Position numbers and translations under genes: made by a program. Shown here in pieces: positions 38,827 to 52,181 of a stretch of 64,000 bases of DNA. Positions within the stretch are counted from its first letter, which is position 1, and each line of letters starts with the position of its first letter. The DNA is from Octopus bimaculoides (lineage: Eukaryota), in NCBI RefSeq assembly GCF_001194135.2, contig NC_068984.1:16529681-16593680 (forward strand), in the 5' to 3' direction. The notes beneath the pieces were generated by a model. It was not told the origin of the DNA and searched no databases. It was given only the letters and a program-made list of their open reading frames with translations.

Positions 38827-40489
38827 ATGTATTTTTCTGTGCAGGTAGCATGTAAAAGACATCATTTGAACACGGCCGTTGTCAGTACTGCCGGACTGGC
38901 CCTCATGCCAGTGGCACGTAAAAAGCACCCACTACACTCTTGGAGTGATTGGCGTTAGGAAGGGCATCCAGCTGTAGAAACTCTGCCTGATCAGATTGGA
39001 GTCTGGGTAGCCATCTGGTTCACCAGTCCTCAGTTAAATCGTCCAACCCATGCTAGCATGGAAAGCGGACGTTAAATGATGATGATGATGATGATGATGA
39101 TGGAGAGCTTCATGTGCTTTATAAGTTCAAGTGTAAATGTCCAGCTGCCTTGTTGTTGTTGTCATTGTTGTTATTTAGCCCTAGGACAGCTGTGATCAAA
39201 TATAACAATGACCAAACACATTCCATAGTGACCATACAGTATATATAATAAGTACAGCATTTAGAGTCTCCTGGTGTTTGTTGGATTGTCTTCTTGTGCT
39301 GTTTGCTGTTCAGGTGTTCACTTGCATGTGGTACCTGGTTTTCATTCTTGGTTTTAACCATTCCATTTCACTGACATTACTCATAATCTTGTAAGTAGTA
39401 TATCCTCTGAAGCTTTCTACCTGCTATGGAAATCAATATTCTATGTAATTATCCTAATACAGAAGGATGAAAGACACAGTCAACCTTGAACTCAACATGT
39501 ACAAAGCTGGTATAAATATTATAAGGTCTTTTGTCCCACACTTCAATGCTTCTGCCAATTTGCTACTACTACTATTACTAATAATAATAAGAAGAAGTAC
39601 TGCCCACATCCTTAGAAAAACCCTATCCATTTAAATGTCTGTGTTGTATTACATGAAGGTATTTCACTACTTCCCCTCCCCAAGCTTTCAGTCATATTGC
39701 AACATCGCTTATCCTTCACTCGCCCCAGGACGCTGGGTGTGTCTTGGCAAGTGACTTTAACAAAGATGCAGATTAAAAGTTAAAATAATTATAATAATAA
39801 TAATAATAATAATGATAATAATGGTGATGATGAGGATATTCATAACTTATGTAGAAGGCCGCAAATTTGTAATAGGGATGGCAGAATAAGGTCGTTGAAT
39901 CAACTCTAGTATAAAACTAGAACAGCAAATATGAGCCAACAAAGGGAAACTCTACAGGGTTACATGACCTGCTTGAAACAGCAGCCAAACCACCCTTAAA
40001 TCACATCTTCCTACTGTCTCATAAGCAGGAAGTACACACTATTTAATGTAGACTGGGACACGTTGAGAATTGAAAAACAAAATAGTTATAGCTGGAATGA
40101 TTCCATTTGGATTTGCTCAATCATGCAGACCTGTTGACAACAACAACAACAAAACTAGCACTAATTACAATAGAAATAATTGTTTCTAACATTTGTCAAC
40201 TATTTCAGATATCATAATAGTAATTACAACTATTTCTGGCAAAGACTCAGATTTTTAAATGGTATTTTTACATATTGGAAAATTGGTAAATGTCTTCACC
40301 TTCAATGAATTTTAGCATGCAATATTTCCTAATTAGATACGAAACTAAAAACTAAATTACCTTTCCCATGGGTACATTACTATGACTTCAATAGGGAAAC
40401 AAACCCTTGGCCTTTACCTATTCAGTGCTTCATCAGTTGTTGAGGTAACATAGCAAGTACAGTTATACAGTACAGTAATTTTTTTGTAA

Positions 40490-40647
40490 GAGTGGCTGTG
40501 TGGTAAGTAGCTTGCTTACCAACAACATGGTTCCGGGTTCGGTCCCACTGCATGGCATCTTGGGCAAGTGTCTTCTACTATAGCCTTGGGCCCACCAAAG
40601 CCTTGTGAGTGGATTTGGTAGATGGAAACTGAAAGAAGCCCATCGTA

Positions 40648-40706
<59 letters not shown>

Positions 40707-40915
40707 ATGCGTTTGTGTGTCTGTGTTTGTCCCCCCCAACATCACTTGACAACCGATGCTGGTGTGTTTATGTCCCCGTAACTTAACGGTTAAGCAAAAG
40801 AGACCGATAGAATAAGTACTAGGCTTCCAAAGAATAAGTCCAGGGATCGAGTTGCCCAACTAAAGGTGGTGCTCCAGCATGGCCACAGTCAAAAGACTGA
40901 AACAAGTAAAAGAGT
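40490..40915 (+). mobile_element. SINE family A, full-length copy
   Basis: Complete head, body, (TA)n and tail. Confidence 0.8.
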
Positions 40916-43097
40916 AATATTATCAGATGTGATTTTAAATTCTGAACCCTGTGTAGCAGAAGTCTTGAACTAAGGAGCAATACGTTAGTCTATAATTGAT
41001 ATTTAGTGTCATTGCTTTAAGACTTTCAAACAAATACACTTTTAGCAAGAAAATATTTGAGAAAAATATTTAAATTTAGAGATATTAGTCATAAGGCAGA
41101 TGTATGTATGCATGTATTGCTGCTGCTGCTGCTGGACTCTCCTTCATCACTTTGATAAATGATGGTTCAGTGTGACACAGCATCAACGTTCTTCAATGTT
41201 TGTCCAATCTTTGAACTTATGAAGGACATGTGATGGTGTTGGTGCTGGTGTCTCGATTTGCTGAACAACCAGCACAATGACTATTATTATAGTGGGCAAG
41301 GTTTGTGCAGAGTCAGTCCCACTCTCTCGTCTTCCAAACTTGCATTTGTCTGGTACAAGTGTCACAAACCCAGTAGTTGTTGGGGTGCAGGATCTGTATT
41401 GAGTTACCTTCTCTTAGACAAGCAGCGAAAGAGCTGAAGAGCTTCTTCTTCCCTAGATTTGTTGGGTGTCTGTGATTGACCTTCTTATAGAAACAATTCC
41501 ATGACCACTGGGACCCCGAGAGGGGCTACTACTTGTGGTCACAATAGACCTAGGCACAATAATGGCTAAAACACGGTTCCATATTCCTCAAAACCCTAGA
41601 CCTGAACCAGGTCTTCACTACTGGATGCAGTTTAAAGATATACACAGGACACACTGTATGTATATATGTATAGATAGAGAGAGAGAGAGGCGTTTTATAG
41701 TAAAACACGTTTCTATTTTTTTTTAAGTTAAGGTTGGTTTGGAACTCTGGTGATTAATATAATACAGATCATTTGGTATTAATGAGATTTTTTTTAGCAA
41801 CTCTTTTTAAAAAGAAACTTCTTGAGAACAACCTACAAATTCAAAATAATAATATTGACTAATTTTTGTCACTTATTCTGGAATATTAATAGCTCTAATT
41901 TTCATATAGTTTATCTGAGACAATGAATGGGGAAATCTTATAACTTTAAAGCACTACAATAAATGCAGATGAAACTGACATTGCAGGGGTTCATGCTGAC
42001 TGATTTATTAGGACCTAAAATTAGATATTACAAGTTGAGCTGGTAAAGATTTTATAGAAGAAATATTGAGCAACATACATTGTTAAACTAATGATAAAAA
42101 TATTTCTTGGTATTTAAATACTTAACAGACGTTTTAGTAAATGTAAACTAAGAATGAATGGAAACACATTAAATACTGTTTTAACAACTCATTATAACAA
42201 TAATTTGATAATTCTATTTGCTAAAGATGAGAGCCAATATAAATCTAATTATACATCTAATTATTTTCTTGAAAATTTAATTCATATTTCACATATTCAC
42301 TTATATATATGTACACACACACACACACACACATACGTACATACATACATACATACATACACACACATATATGCATATTTAAATGTGTGTTGTGTGTATT
42401 ACATCAACTCATACTTACATGTATATTATTGTGTTTTTCCATCTACATACATATATGTATCACACCAACAAATATATTATTATGTGCGAAATAACCTTTA
42501 AAATTTCATGGCTGAAAACTAAACCTACAGTTGACGATTTGTTGATAACGAGCCCCTTTGGTATATTTGAAAGAGGGTTTCAAATTTAATGTTCTTCCAA
42601 TATTTTTGTTATTAGTTGGTTGTTTTTGATTTAATAACCTCTCTTGGTAACTAATTCCAGTTTTCATGTATTTTATTCAAAATTTGTTTGCTGCTTTGTA
42701 AGCTGGTTGCATTGCTTCTACAATAACTTATGTAAACAACCTCTTAAGACTGATGGAATTCTAAGATTCCGTGTTTGTTGAGGTTGGTTTGCCTGTTATC
42801 ATTTTATAGTCATTTATCTTCTGTCTGTGAAAAACTGAAAGCAACAAGCGCCTTAAGTCTGGCCTCATTTGGCAGATGTAAATTAATTGTGTGAATATGC
42901 ATTACATTTACATGTGTGCTATATTTATAATATTTACACATTATGTTAACATGTATGTATATGATCTGTCTCTACTCATATATTTCCCTCTGTGTATGTA
43001 CTACATGCACCACATCTACATTAACCTTAATGTGTGTACATTAACCTTGATACATCAACAAATTTAATCATCTACAATAGCATTAATCATGTGTTTA

Positions 43098-43143
<46 letters not shown>

Positions 43144-45016
43144 TTCTATATATATATGCAGTCGGTAATGGGTATGAAAACAACATTTTGGTTCTAAGAG
43201 TCAAAAAAGAAAATTATATAAGAATCCTCTAATATCATATTAGCATATAAAAAATAAATTCCAATATATTTCCCAAATTTGAAGCTAATTCTCTTGAAAT
43301 TCTATCTCACTTTTTTGTAAAGCTTCATAAATTCTATTTTATTTTATTTTATTTTTGTAGAAATTACTTATTTTGCTTTAAATATTTTCAAAAGAAATTT
43401 CATACATTTGAATTTATTTGTTTTTATTTTGTTTACTTTTTTTCTGTCATTCAGTTGATTAAAAATTTAAAATATCAGAATATTCATAACAAAGGATTCT
43501 ATAATTTTCTTCTACATTTTTTTAAAGCTTGTTTTTTTTATTTTTCAAATTTTATTGCTATCAATATGGTGAGTTTACTTTGAAATTAGGTGAAAGTAAA
43601 TTTTATATTTACAAAGTAAAAAGATAAACTTCACTAAGATAAAATTTTTGGCATTGGTTATCTCAGAGTTTCCGCAAGAAATGTATCTGTACCAATTGTT
43701 GTTGATTAAATAATTTTTTTTTTTTTTCTTTCACAAGTCAAACTATTACGCTTCATTGAAAAATTATCTACATGAGCAGGTGATGATATGCAACAGCATG
43801 AAATGACATGCAGTGACATGCAATAATTATGCCACAATGTTTCAACATTTTGTGAGATTTAAAAACTGAAATATAACAAGTATCTACAAGCAGTCGATGA
43901 ATAAAGGCACATTTGGAAACTAAATGAGAAGGAACAAGACTATTTATCCAAAATTACAAATATATCCCAAGTTGTTTATTGTGCACTGCTGTAATTAGGT
44001 ATGCAGCACTGTACACCGTGATATATATATATATATATAAAACACAGTACAAAGCATATCTATATTAACATATATGATTATAATTATTATAACCCTGGAA
44101 AAACTCTTTGGCAATATATATTGAATTGTATTATAGCTGCAACATGCAAAAGCAATCAATACATTTTCCCACCTCTCAGGCTGGATATTAAGTTGGAATT
44201 CTGTTCCGGGAAATTTCACGGAGATTTAGCAAAGAATTTGAGTTAAAAATGATAAATATCAGGTTCTATGGCAGTTTTCAGTGGATGTTCATCATATTTA
44301 ATTTGATATTGAAATTCTGAAATTCATGTATTTCAAACACAAGCTGAGAATAAATTATGCAACTGAATTAAATTAAAAGTTACTTTCATTTTAAAAAGAA
44401 ACGATATACAAAGAATAACCTGGAAAAAAAAAATAAAAATCACTTCTTAAAATCAAAAATATACTACATAAAATAATACCTAAGCTTTTGCAATATTTAC
44501 TGCTGAAAAAAANNNNNNNNNNNNNNNNNNNNNNNNNNNNNNNNNNNNNNNNNNNNNNNNNNNNNNNNNNNNNNNNNNNNNNNNNNNNNNNNNNNNNNNN
44601 NNNNNNNNNNNNTTTTTTGTGTGTTCTCTTGTAAAGAACATTCCCAAATTCCTAAGCATCTTATTTTGATGCTTTCAAAAACGATGGAGAGATTTAAAAG
44701 TAATTCTGATAATAATAACTGCATTCACTGCATACTGTCCAAATTTATATTGTTGAATTGTTTGATAGTATCTTAACACTCTGACACTCTCATGCATATT
44801 CTACTTTGGTATGAACCATTTGTATGCAGCCGTTTGGACGCTGACGAGCTGGCACGACTGACTGCACATTCAGCCTGTTTCAGTGACTGTTCATTTTGGA
44901 GTCGGGAGTAAACACATCCCACACACTTGCATGTACACAAAATGCCTGTACATGCAATGCTTGTACACATACGTGTGTGCATGCACAAGGGCAGAAAAGT
45001 AAATATGAATGTAAAT

Positions 45017-45488
45017 AAGGTGGTAAGCTAGCAGAAACGTTAGCACGCCGGGCGAAATGCTTAGTAATATTTTGTCTGCCGCTACGTTCTGAGTTCAAAT
45101 TCTGTTGAGGTTGACTTTGCCTTTCAGCCTTTCAGAGTTGATAAATTAAGTACCAGTTACACACTGGGGTCGATGTAATCGACTTAATCCCTTTGTCTGT
45201 CCTTGTTTGTCCCCTCTATGTTTAGCCCCTTGTGGGCAATAAAGAAATAAGTAAGGCAGCAAGCTGGCAGAAACGTTAGCACGCCAGACGAAATGCTTTG
45301 CGGTATTTCATCTGCCGCTACGTTCTGAGTTCAAATTCCGCCGAAGTTGACTTTGCCTTTCATACTTTCGGGATCGATAAATTAAGTACCAGTTACACAC
45401 TGGGGTCGATGTAATCGACTTAATCCCTTTGTCTGTCCTTGTTTGTCCCCTCTATGTTTAACCCCTTGTGGGCAATAAAGAAATAAGA
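45017..45488 (+). mobile_element. Tandem dimer of tRNA-derived SINE family B
   Basis: Two ~235-bp copies (agctggcagaaacgttagcacgcc...gagttcaaattc...cttgtgggcaataaagaaataag). Other copies lie at about 8880(-), 33265, 37283, 37520, 45930(-), 58795(-), 59350 and 59521. Confidence 0.8.
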
Positions 45489-47584
45489 AATGTAAATGCA
45501 GAAAGATTGAAAGAAAGAGAGATTATTAAAATAAGCGCAGGAGTGGCTGTATTGTAAACAGCTTGCTTACCAACCACATGGTTCTGTGTTCAGTCCCACT
45601 GTGTGGCACCTTGGGCAAGTATCTTGTACCATAGCCTCAGGCTGACCAAAGCCTTGTGAGTGGATTTGGTAGCCGGAAACTGAAAGAAGCCTGTCATATG
45701 TGTGTGTGTTTGTGTGTTTGTCCCCCTAACATCATTTGACAACCGATGCTAGTGTGCTTACATCCCCGTAACTTAATAGTTCAGGAAAAAGAAACTGATA
45801 GAATAAGTACTAGGCTTACAAAGAATAAGTCTTGGGGTCGATTTGCTAGACTAAAAAAAAAAGGCAGTGCTCTAGCATGGCCGCAGTCAAATGACTGAAA
45901 CAAGTAAAAGAATAAAAGGAAAACTTTTGCACAAGGCCAGCAACTCTGGAGGAGGGGGTAAGTCGATTACATCGACAGGTGCTTATTTTATCAACCCCAA
46001 AAGGATAAAAGGCAAAGTCAACCTAAGTGGAATTTGAACCTTCTCTCATCATATTGCTGTCTGTCATATTGCTCCAGCATGGCCACAGTCAAATGACTGA
46101 AACAAGTAAAAGAGTAAAAAAACCAGTTTCATCTATAAAATAATAAAAAGAAATTAATACTCATCACAGTCAATATAACAGCCATTTCTAAGAGGTCTTC
46201 TAGCAAACTACCTTGGCATCAGATGACAGCATTTATGTTAGAGACCATAATGGACATGTTGTGCAGCATCAAGATGGCTTCTCAGTTGTAGATGGAAGTT
46301 ATGGCTATTATACAAAGAATGAAGAAGGATTAAGTTTCTCAAAGCTCTGTGTTGCAAGGGATTTAATCATTTACAGCACCAGTCCCAGAAAATTGGGCAA
46401 CAACTTAATAACCTACCACTCAGGTGAATACATCTGATAGACTTTGTATTCTTCAGGAAATTGGATAGCCAAGTGGTTGTGAATGGTAGATTTTTCTCAG
46501 TTGCTAGATGGGCTCAAAGAAACAAGAGAGATTGGAGAAGAAAAGCATGGAAGCTGATAGGTGCTTCTGCTACACTTAAGAACAAGGCAATATAGAGGAG
46601 GTGGAGGTGGAGAATTATGAAATAGAGAACAACTGGGGGTTTATATAAGACAATCTATTGTCAACTACAGAATAAACAGCTGGAGCAAGGTTCCAGTCAG
46701 GATAAGAGATAGGCGTAGAAAGAGAAATAGAAAGGGAGAGAGAGGGGATGAAAGAGAGAGAGAGCAAGAAGAGAAGCCAGATGCCAAGTTTTATTGAGCA
46801 AAAGAAGAAGCCACTTTCAAGAGATTTGACGATATTCTACACTGTAAGAATGAGAGGTGTGAAGAGATGTTCTGAATGACAAAGCAATGTATCAGTTGAA
46901 TCAAGACATGGTGAAGAGTGTGAACGTAATCTCCTCATTTATACTGAGAAGAAAGAGACAAGAAATATTATGAAGAGTACTTGTTGAACTCAGAGAATGT
47001 GTGGGGAAAAAAAAGGACCATCCTAAGTAGTCTCAAAAGTCCTAAGTAGTCCCAGCAGTTGAGGTTGACCACTATGCAGTTGAAAGAGCCGTTGAAGATA
47101 TGAATGTAAGGAGAGCAGCAGTTTATCAAAAATAGTTGTTTGGCAAAGTGAGGCAGACCAGTCCATGAAATAGTGCTGAGAGATGTTATCCCCAACAAAT
47201 AACATAGTGACAACCTCACCAACAGATACAAAAACAGAGGAAATGTTTTTGAAAGGAACAAATACAGAGATATAAATAGATGCCCAAATATGAAAATGGT
47301 AGAAAGTTATAATATAAGCTAAGTAGATTGGGAATTAACTGAGATGCTGTTTGAGTTTCTGCCAGAACAAAGAACCACCAATGCCCATTTTTTATGTTGA
47401 CATCAATAGAAGTGCTTCGCTAATAGCAAACTACTTTATCTTGTATTTATTCATCTCGAGAAAGCCCTTTCACAGGATACCAAGCTTTTTGGTCTGATAG
47501 TCACAAGGAAAACTGGGCATCAATAAATAGTTTGTGCAAACCATGTGCAGGAAAATTGTCAGCAATGAGTTTAGTGAAGAATTT

Positions 47585-48186
47585 GGATCTATTTCAAGAC
47601 GGGGGCACCAGTTTTCATTTATGTTTTATGTAGTGTTTTTGGTACCGAAAGACTTTCAAACTTCGTATACTTATCTATTTTGTGTTATAGAACAGAAAAA
47701 AATTTTTGTATTCGAATTTATTTCATGTAAAAAATTGTCTTATTTCGATAATTTCTACTAATCACTGACGTCTATTCAGTTGAAAACAGTTAGCGCTGTA
47801 ACGGTGTATATCGTATTAATCCCCTAACCCTAACCCTAACTCTAGAATCCGAACTCTAAAATTGTTACACACATAGATACGCACAGCGTAATTTATTATA
47901 TAAACAATATATGCGTATAAATTACGATTAAACCAGATGAAATATGTCACAGGGAATAACATTTTTATGACCGCCCAGCAGTAACTCTATTCAGCTGAAT
48001 AGACGTCAGTGATTGGTTGAAATTACAGAAATACGACAATTTTAACATGGAATAACTTGCGATGTACGTTTTTTTGTTAAGAAGACTAAGAGTAAAAGAT
48101 GTTTTATATGACACATTCTACCAGTGTCCCAAGTTTCAAAGTGTTTCGTTAAGAAAATACTGGTGCCCCCGTTTTGAAATAGATCC
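47585..48186. mobile_element. Merlin-like MITE (GGATC-start TIR, 8-bp TSD)
   Basis: 28-bp TIR ggatctatttcaa(g/a)acgggggcaccagt and TSD AAGAATTT (47577-47584 and 48187-48194). Internal (CCCTAA)3 at about 47822. Inserted in an RTE relic. The superfamily is inferred from the GG start plus 8-bp TSD. Confidence 0.8.
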
Positions 48187-48565
48187 AAGAATTTAGGTAG
48201 ATGTCTATCAGTGCTCAGTGCTAAGTCCTCGTTTGTTTATTCTAGTTCTGTCAATGACAGGAGAGTTTGAGGTTGGCTATTCATTGGAATATCTGAATGC
48301 CAACAACATAGTTCTCATAGCCAAAAATGTTAAAAATTAAAAGAAAGGTTTCAAACATGGAAGCAGAATCTAGAATCTTGAGGATTAAAGATTGGCCTAT
48401 CAAATATATTTTAGTTAAAAGGAATTAACTATCATCTGGGAAATGGTCATACTTGATATGGAGAAAAGAAATAAATAGAGACTATATACTGAGCACAGAA
48501 TGAAAATATAGGTATACAAAAAGTCTAAGAGATTCCAGGCAGGTTGACAAAGAACTCCAGATGTA

Positions 48566-49452
48566 CGAGGTAGTATTAAAAAGTTCCTGGACAAGTTATG
48601 TGAAAATAAAAAAGAACTTATCTACTTAAGTTTTATCATCATCTACTTTGAAATAGTCACCTAGTGAAGCAATACACCAGTCCCAGGTTCCTGCCATTTT
48701 TGAAATCCGACCTGGAAGTTGTTTACTGTAAGCAAGTCAAGGACGTTCTGCAGTTCACTCTGGACCTCAACAACAGTGTTAAAATGACGGCCTTTGAACT
48801 GCAATTTCATGTTGGGGAAGAGGTGAATGTCTGCAGATGCTAAATTCGGTGAATAGGGTGGGTGCAGAAGCAATACCATGTTGTTTTTGGTGAGAAACTC
48901 ATGAGTGAGGAGAGCTTGGTAACAGGGTGCATTGTTGTCATGAAGAATCCAATTCTTCACACTCCACAAATTCGGTTGCTTTCCCCAAATGTCCTCTCTC
49001 AAACACTTCAAAACATTATAGTAGAACTCTCAGTTGATGGCGTGGCCCTGAGAGATGCTGAAAAAAAACAATAAGCATTCTCTTGAGTGAGCTACATACC
49101 TTTTGAAGCGCTCATGCCACCTGAAACATTGCATACAACCCATTGCCTCATTGCCATAATTTTGCCAAAACATGCTCAGTGTCTCTGTAGCAGACTGCTT
49201 AAGTTTAACACCTTAACACCAAATTTCATATTGGCTCTTTGTTTCAACTTCCTGTCTATGACAAAAATCAGACTACAGCATACACATGATCACAAAAACA
49301 CAAATTTCACAATTTGCGAGGTAAACACAATAATGTCACTCGGCACTCTGCCTCATGAAGGCCACTGCTAGTTCTCATTGTACACACAACCATGTGCTGC
49401 CATCTACTGGCACACTACAGAACCAGTCCAGGAACTTTTTGATACTACCTCA
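48566..49452 (-). mobile_element. Internally deleted mariner transposon
   Basis: TA flanks and TIR (c/t)gaggtagtat(t/c)aaaaagttcctggac. ORF 48661-49011 reads WILHDNNAP...HPPYSPNLASADIHLF, a decayed mariner catalytic region. Confidence 0.85.
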
Positions 49453-50741
49453 TAACAGTAAAATCCTGAATCTAAGTAAACTGATAAGAGTTTGCATTTG
49501 CAACAATGTAAACCCTTGTTTCATCATTTAATTTCTCCATGAGTCGAGTGGGAAAATTTAACGTTTTAGACTAAAATCCATTCTCCATCAAAGGACATTA
49601 GGCCAAAACATCATCTCAACTCCTGACTGTGACTACACTCATTGACATCTACAAACTGTCTTGGATTATACAAATACACAGAAAAAGTTATTAGTAAGAT
49701 CACCAATGAAATGGGAAATTTTCTTTTGCTTAACAGTTAACAGTTTGTTGCCTTGGTTATCAAACTGTGAGTGGAAGTGTTACAAAGATATTATGGCCAT
49801 TTTTAGGTATAAATGGGAAAATTCAGGTAACTGTCACAGCTATTGGCAAAAAAAGGGTTTCTTTCTCAGAATGAAGGTCAAACCGTGTGCAATTGTGCAT
49901 GGTGGTAAGACTTAGGCACTGAAGACAAAGGGTTGGAAATAAAAGAGACAAGTACACTGCAACCGATGTGCAATGCTAACATACATGAATAAAGAGCACA
50001 GACAAACTGAAACAAAAACCAAAAATGAGTATTAGAGAAATCAGTAGTAGTGTGTGGGATACAAAAGTGTACTGGTGTGAAAGTGATATGTATGAAAGAT
50101 GACAGATGAAAAAGTGTCAAGTGATGCAAATGGAAGGCACATACAAAAGAGAAAGCACCAAGGAATACACAAAAAAGTGATGAAAGTAGATCTCAGGATC
50201 CTGAACTTCACAAAGTAGGAGACAAGTGACTACAAGTGGTGATATGCTATGCTTGAAACAGGCCAGCCAACCTTTGCTGGCATGGCTAAAAACTAATGTA
50301 AAACAATGAGGATGATTTGTGCATATAGAAGTCTCTTAAAATAAAAGTTGTAATAATAAATAAGTTACATAAGAACCACCAGTCTCTGCAACTGTGCAGA
50401 AGTTCATGAGCACTGCCCTAACCTCTTTGAGTGAATTCATTAAAAATGATATTGCAGTAAACTGTTTGGGAGGGATACTTAAGAATATTGTAATCATTTT
50501 GGAATTGGATTTTCTAAGTAGACTTCAAGTTTTGATTATTTTGATAAAGTGGCTTCAAAACACGTCTGATGCTATTCAATCCATTGAATAGTCTTTTGTC
50601 AAAAATATTTCATTTGATTGAAAAACATGGGTAGCAAACACTGGTCTAATTATTTGATCCCATTTCAATGGATTGGAGCAATTAAAATTGGTACAAAAAG
50701 GATGAGGATTTTAAACTGTAATATCTATGTATATATATTAC

Positions 50742-51033
50742 AAACAATTGCAGCATGGAAGGTGTTTATAAGCCAGTTAAGAAACACACAAAAACCGTTA
50801 GATTCACTTCAACATTCAAATTTAATTTGCCAAAATATTTTCTTCGCTTTGAGACTGCGACCTGTTCACTGACAAAATTCCATGATGCAGTACGGAATTT
50901 TGTCAGTGAACAGGTCGCGGTCTCAAAGCAACAAAAATATTTTGGCAAATTGAATTTAAATGTTGAAGTGAATCTAACGATATTTGTGTGTTTCTTAAAT
51001 GGCTCATAAACACCTTCCATGCTGCAATTGTTT
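50742..51033. repeat. 140-bp long inverted repeat with a 12-nt loop
   Basis: Arms 50742-50881 and 50894-51033 with about 10 mismatches; loop atgatgcagtac. Confidence 0.9.
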
Positions 51034-51600
51034 TCGTTCCAGCACACGATCTCAGATCAGGTCGCTTACTATGCAAGTACATCTCCGTAATATACATTAC
51101 AGAAGTACAGTAATCCCTCGACTATCGCAGGTGTTACATTCCAAAATGCCTCATGGTAGGTGAAAATCTACAAAGCAAAAACAGTACTGTACTGCATATT
51201 TTTTTATTATTTTTATAATTCGTATATATTTATTTTATTATAAATGCAAAACACCACCACAGAGGAATCAACGTAAGCTTAAATAATAAACCACAATATG
51301 GTGAGGGATTATAGTGAACTGTAAATAATTGACATGTCTTCTTGTCAATCTGATTGCTGAGTCAGGGAAGGATGAAAACAAGTAGTTCCAACCAACTAAA
51401 ACGAAGCATCCTTTTTCTTTGAAGATATTGTTTACTTCTAATCTTTCTGTAGCATGTCTACATGAATTTGATAGATGGAAACTGTGTGGAAGCCCATTGT
51501 ATAAATACATGTGTGTGTGTGTGTTTATAACTCTGCCATGCAGTTTGACATCCAGTGATGATTGTTTACATCACTGTAACTTAGCAGTTTGGTGAAAAAG

Positions 51601-52010
51601 ATCATCATCATCATTTAACGTCCGTTTTCCATGCTGGCATGGGTTGGATGGTTTGACTGAGGTCTGGAGAGCCAATGGCTGCACCAAGCTCCAATCTGAT
51701 CTGGCAATGTTTCTACAGCTGGATGCCCTTCCTAACAGCAACCACTCCGAAAGTGTAGTGGGTGCTTTTTACGTGCCACCGGCACAGGAGCCAGTCAGGC
51801 AGCCCTGGCATCGATCACATTCTGATAGTGCTTTTTACGTGCCACCGGCATGGGAGCCAGCCTGGGGGCACTGACATCAGCCACATTCAGATGGTGCTTT
51901 ATACGTGCCACCAGCATGGAAGCCAGTTGGGGGCATTGACATCGACCACGTTCGAATGGTGCTTTTTATGTGCCACCAGCACGGGAGCCAGTCAGGGGGG
52001 CACTGGCAAA
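51601..52010 (-). mobile_element. RTE LINE tail with about four copies of the internal ~60-bp repeat
   Basis: Repeated tttacgtgccaccggcac(a/g)ggagccag...atggtgct units follow the conserved tail. Confidence 0.75.
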
Positions 52011-52181
52011 AATACCAAATGTAAAACACATAAGTACTGGAGTCAACATGGTCACAGTCCAAAGGCTGAAACAAAAGATAAGAGATAAACGCTACTACTG
52101 TAAACTAAAATCCACTTCAGAGCAACACAGAACAATCATGATTTGCTACATTTATGAATAAGAAAACAGAATTTTAAAGTT

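Larger units (their letters stand above)
46200..50320 (+). mobile_element. Decayed near-full-length RTE LINE with nested MITE and mariner
   Basis: Endonuclease (DHNGHV...NEEG...LITYHSG), RT motifs (HLEK, SVLSPRLF, ANNIVLIA from ADDLVL), a KGFFLRMK segment and the 3' end occur in order, with many stops. Confidence 0.75.

Noticed and set aside
41880-42900. Possible Penelope RT and GIY-YIG remnants
   Set aside because: Only vague motif echoes (NIPKGL) amid many stops, and the two parts face opposite directions. Cannot be called without an HMM search.
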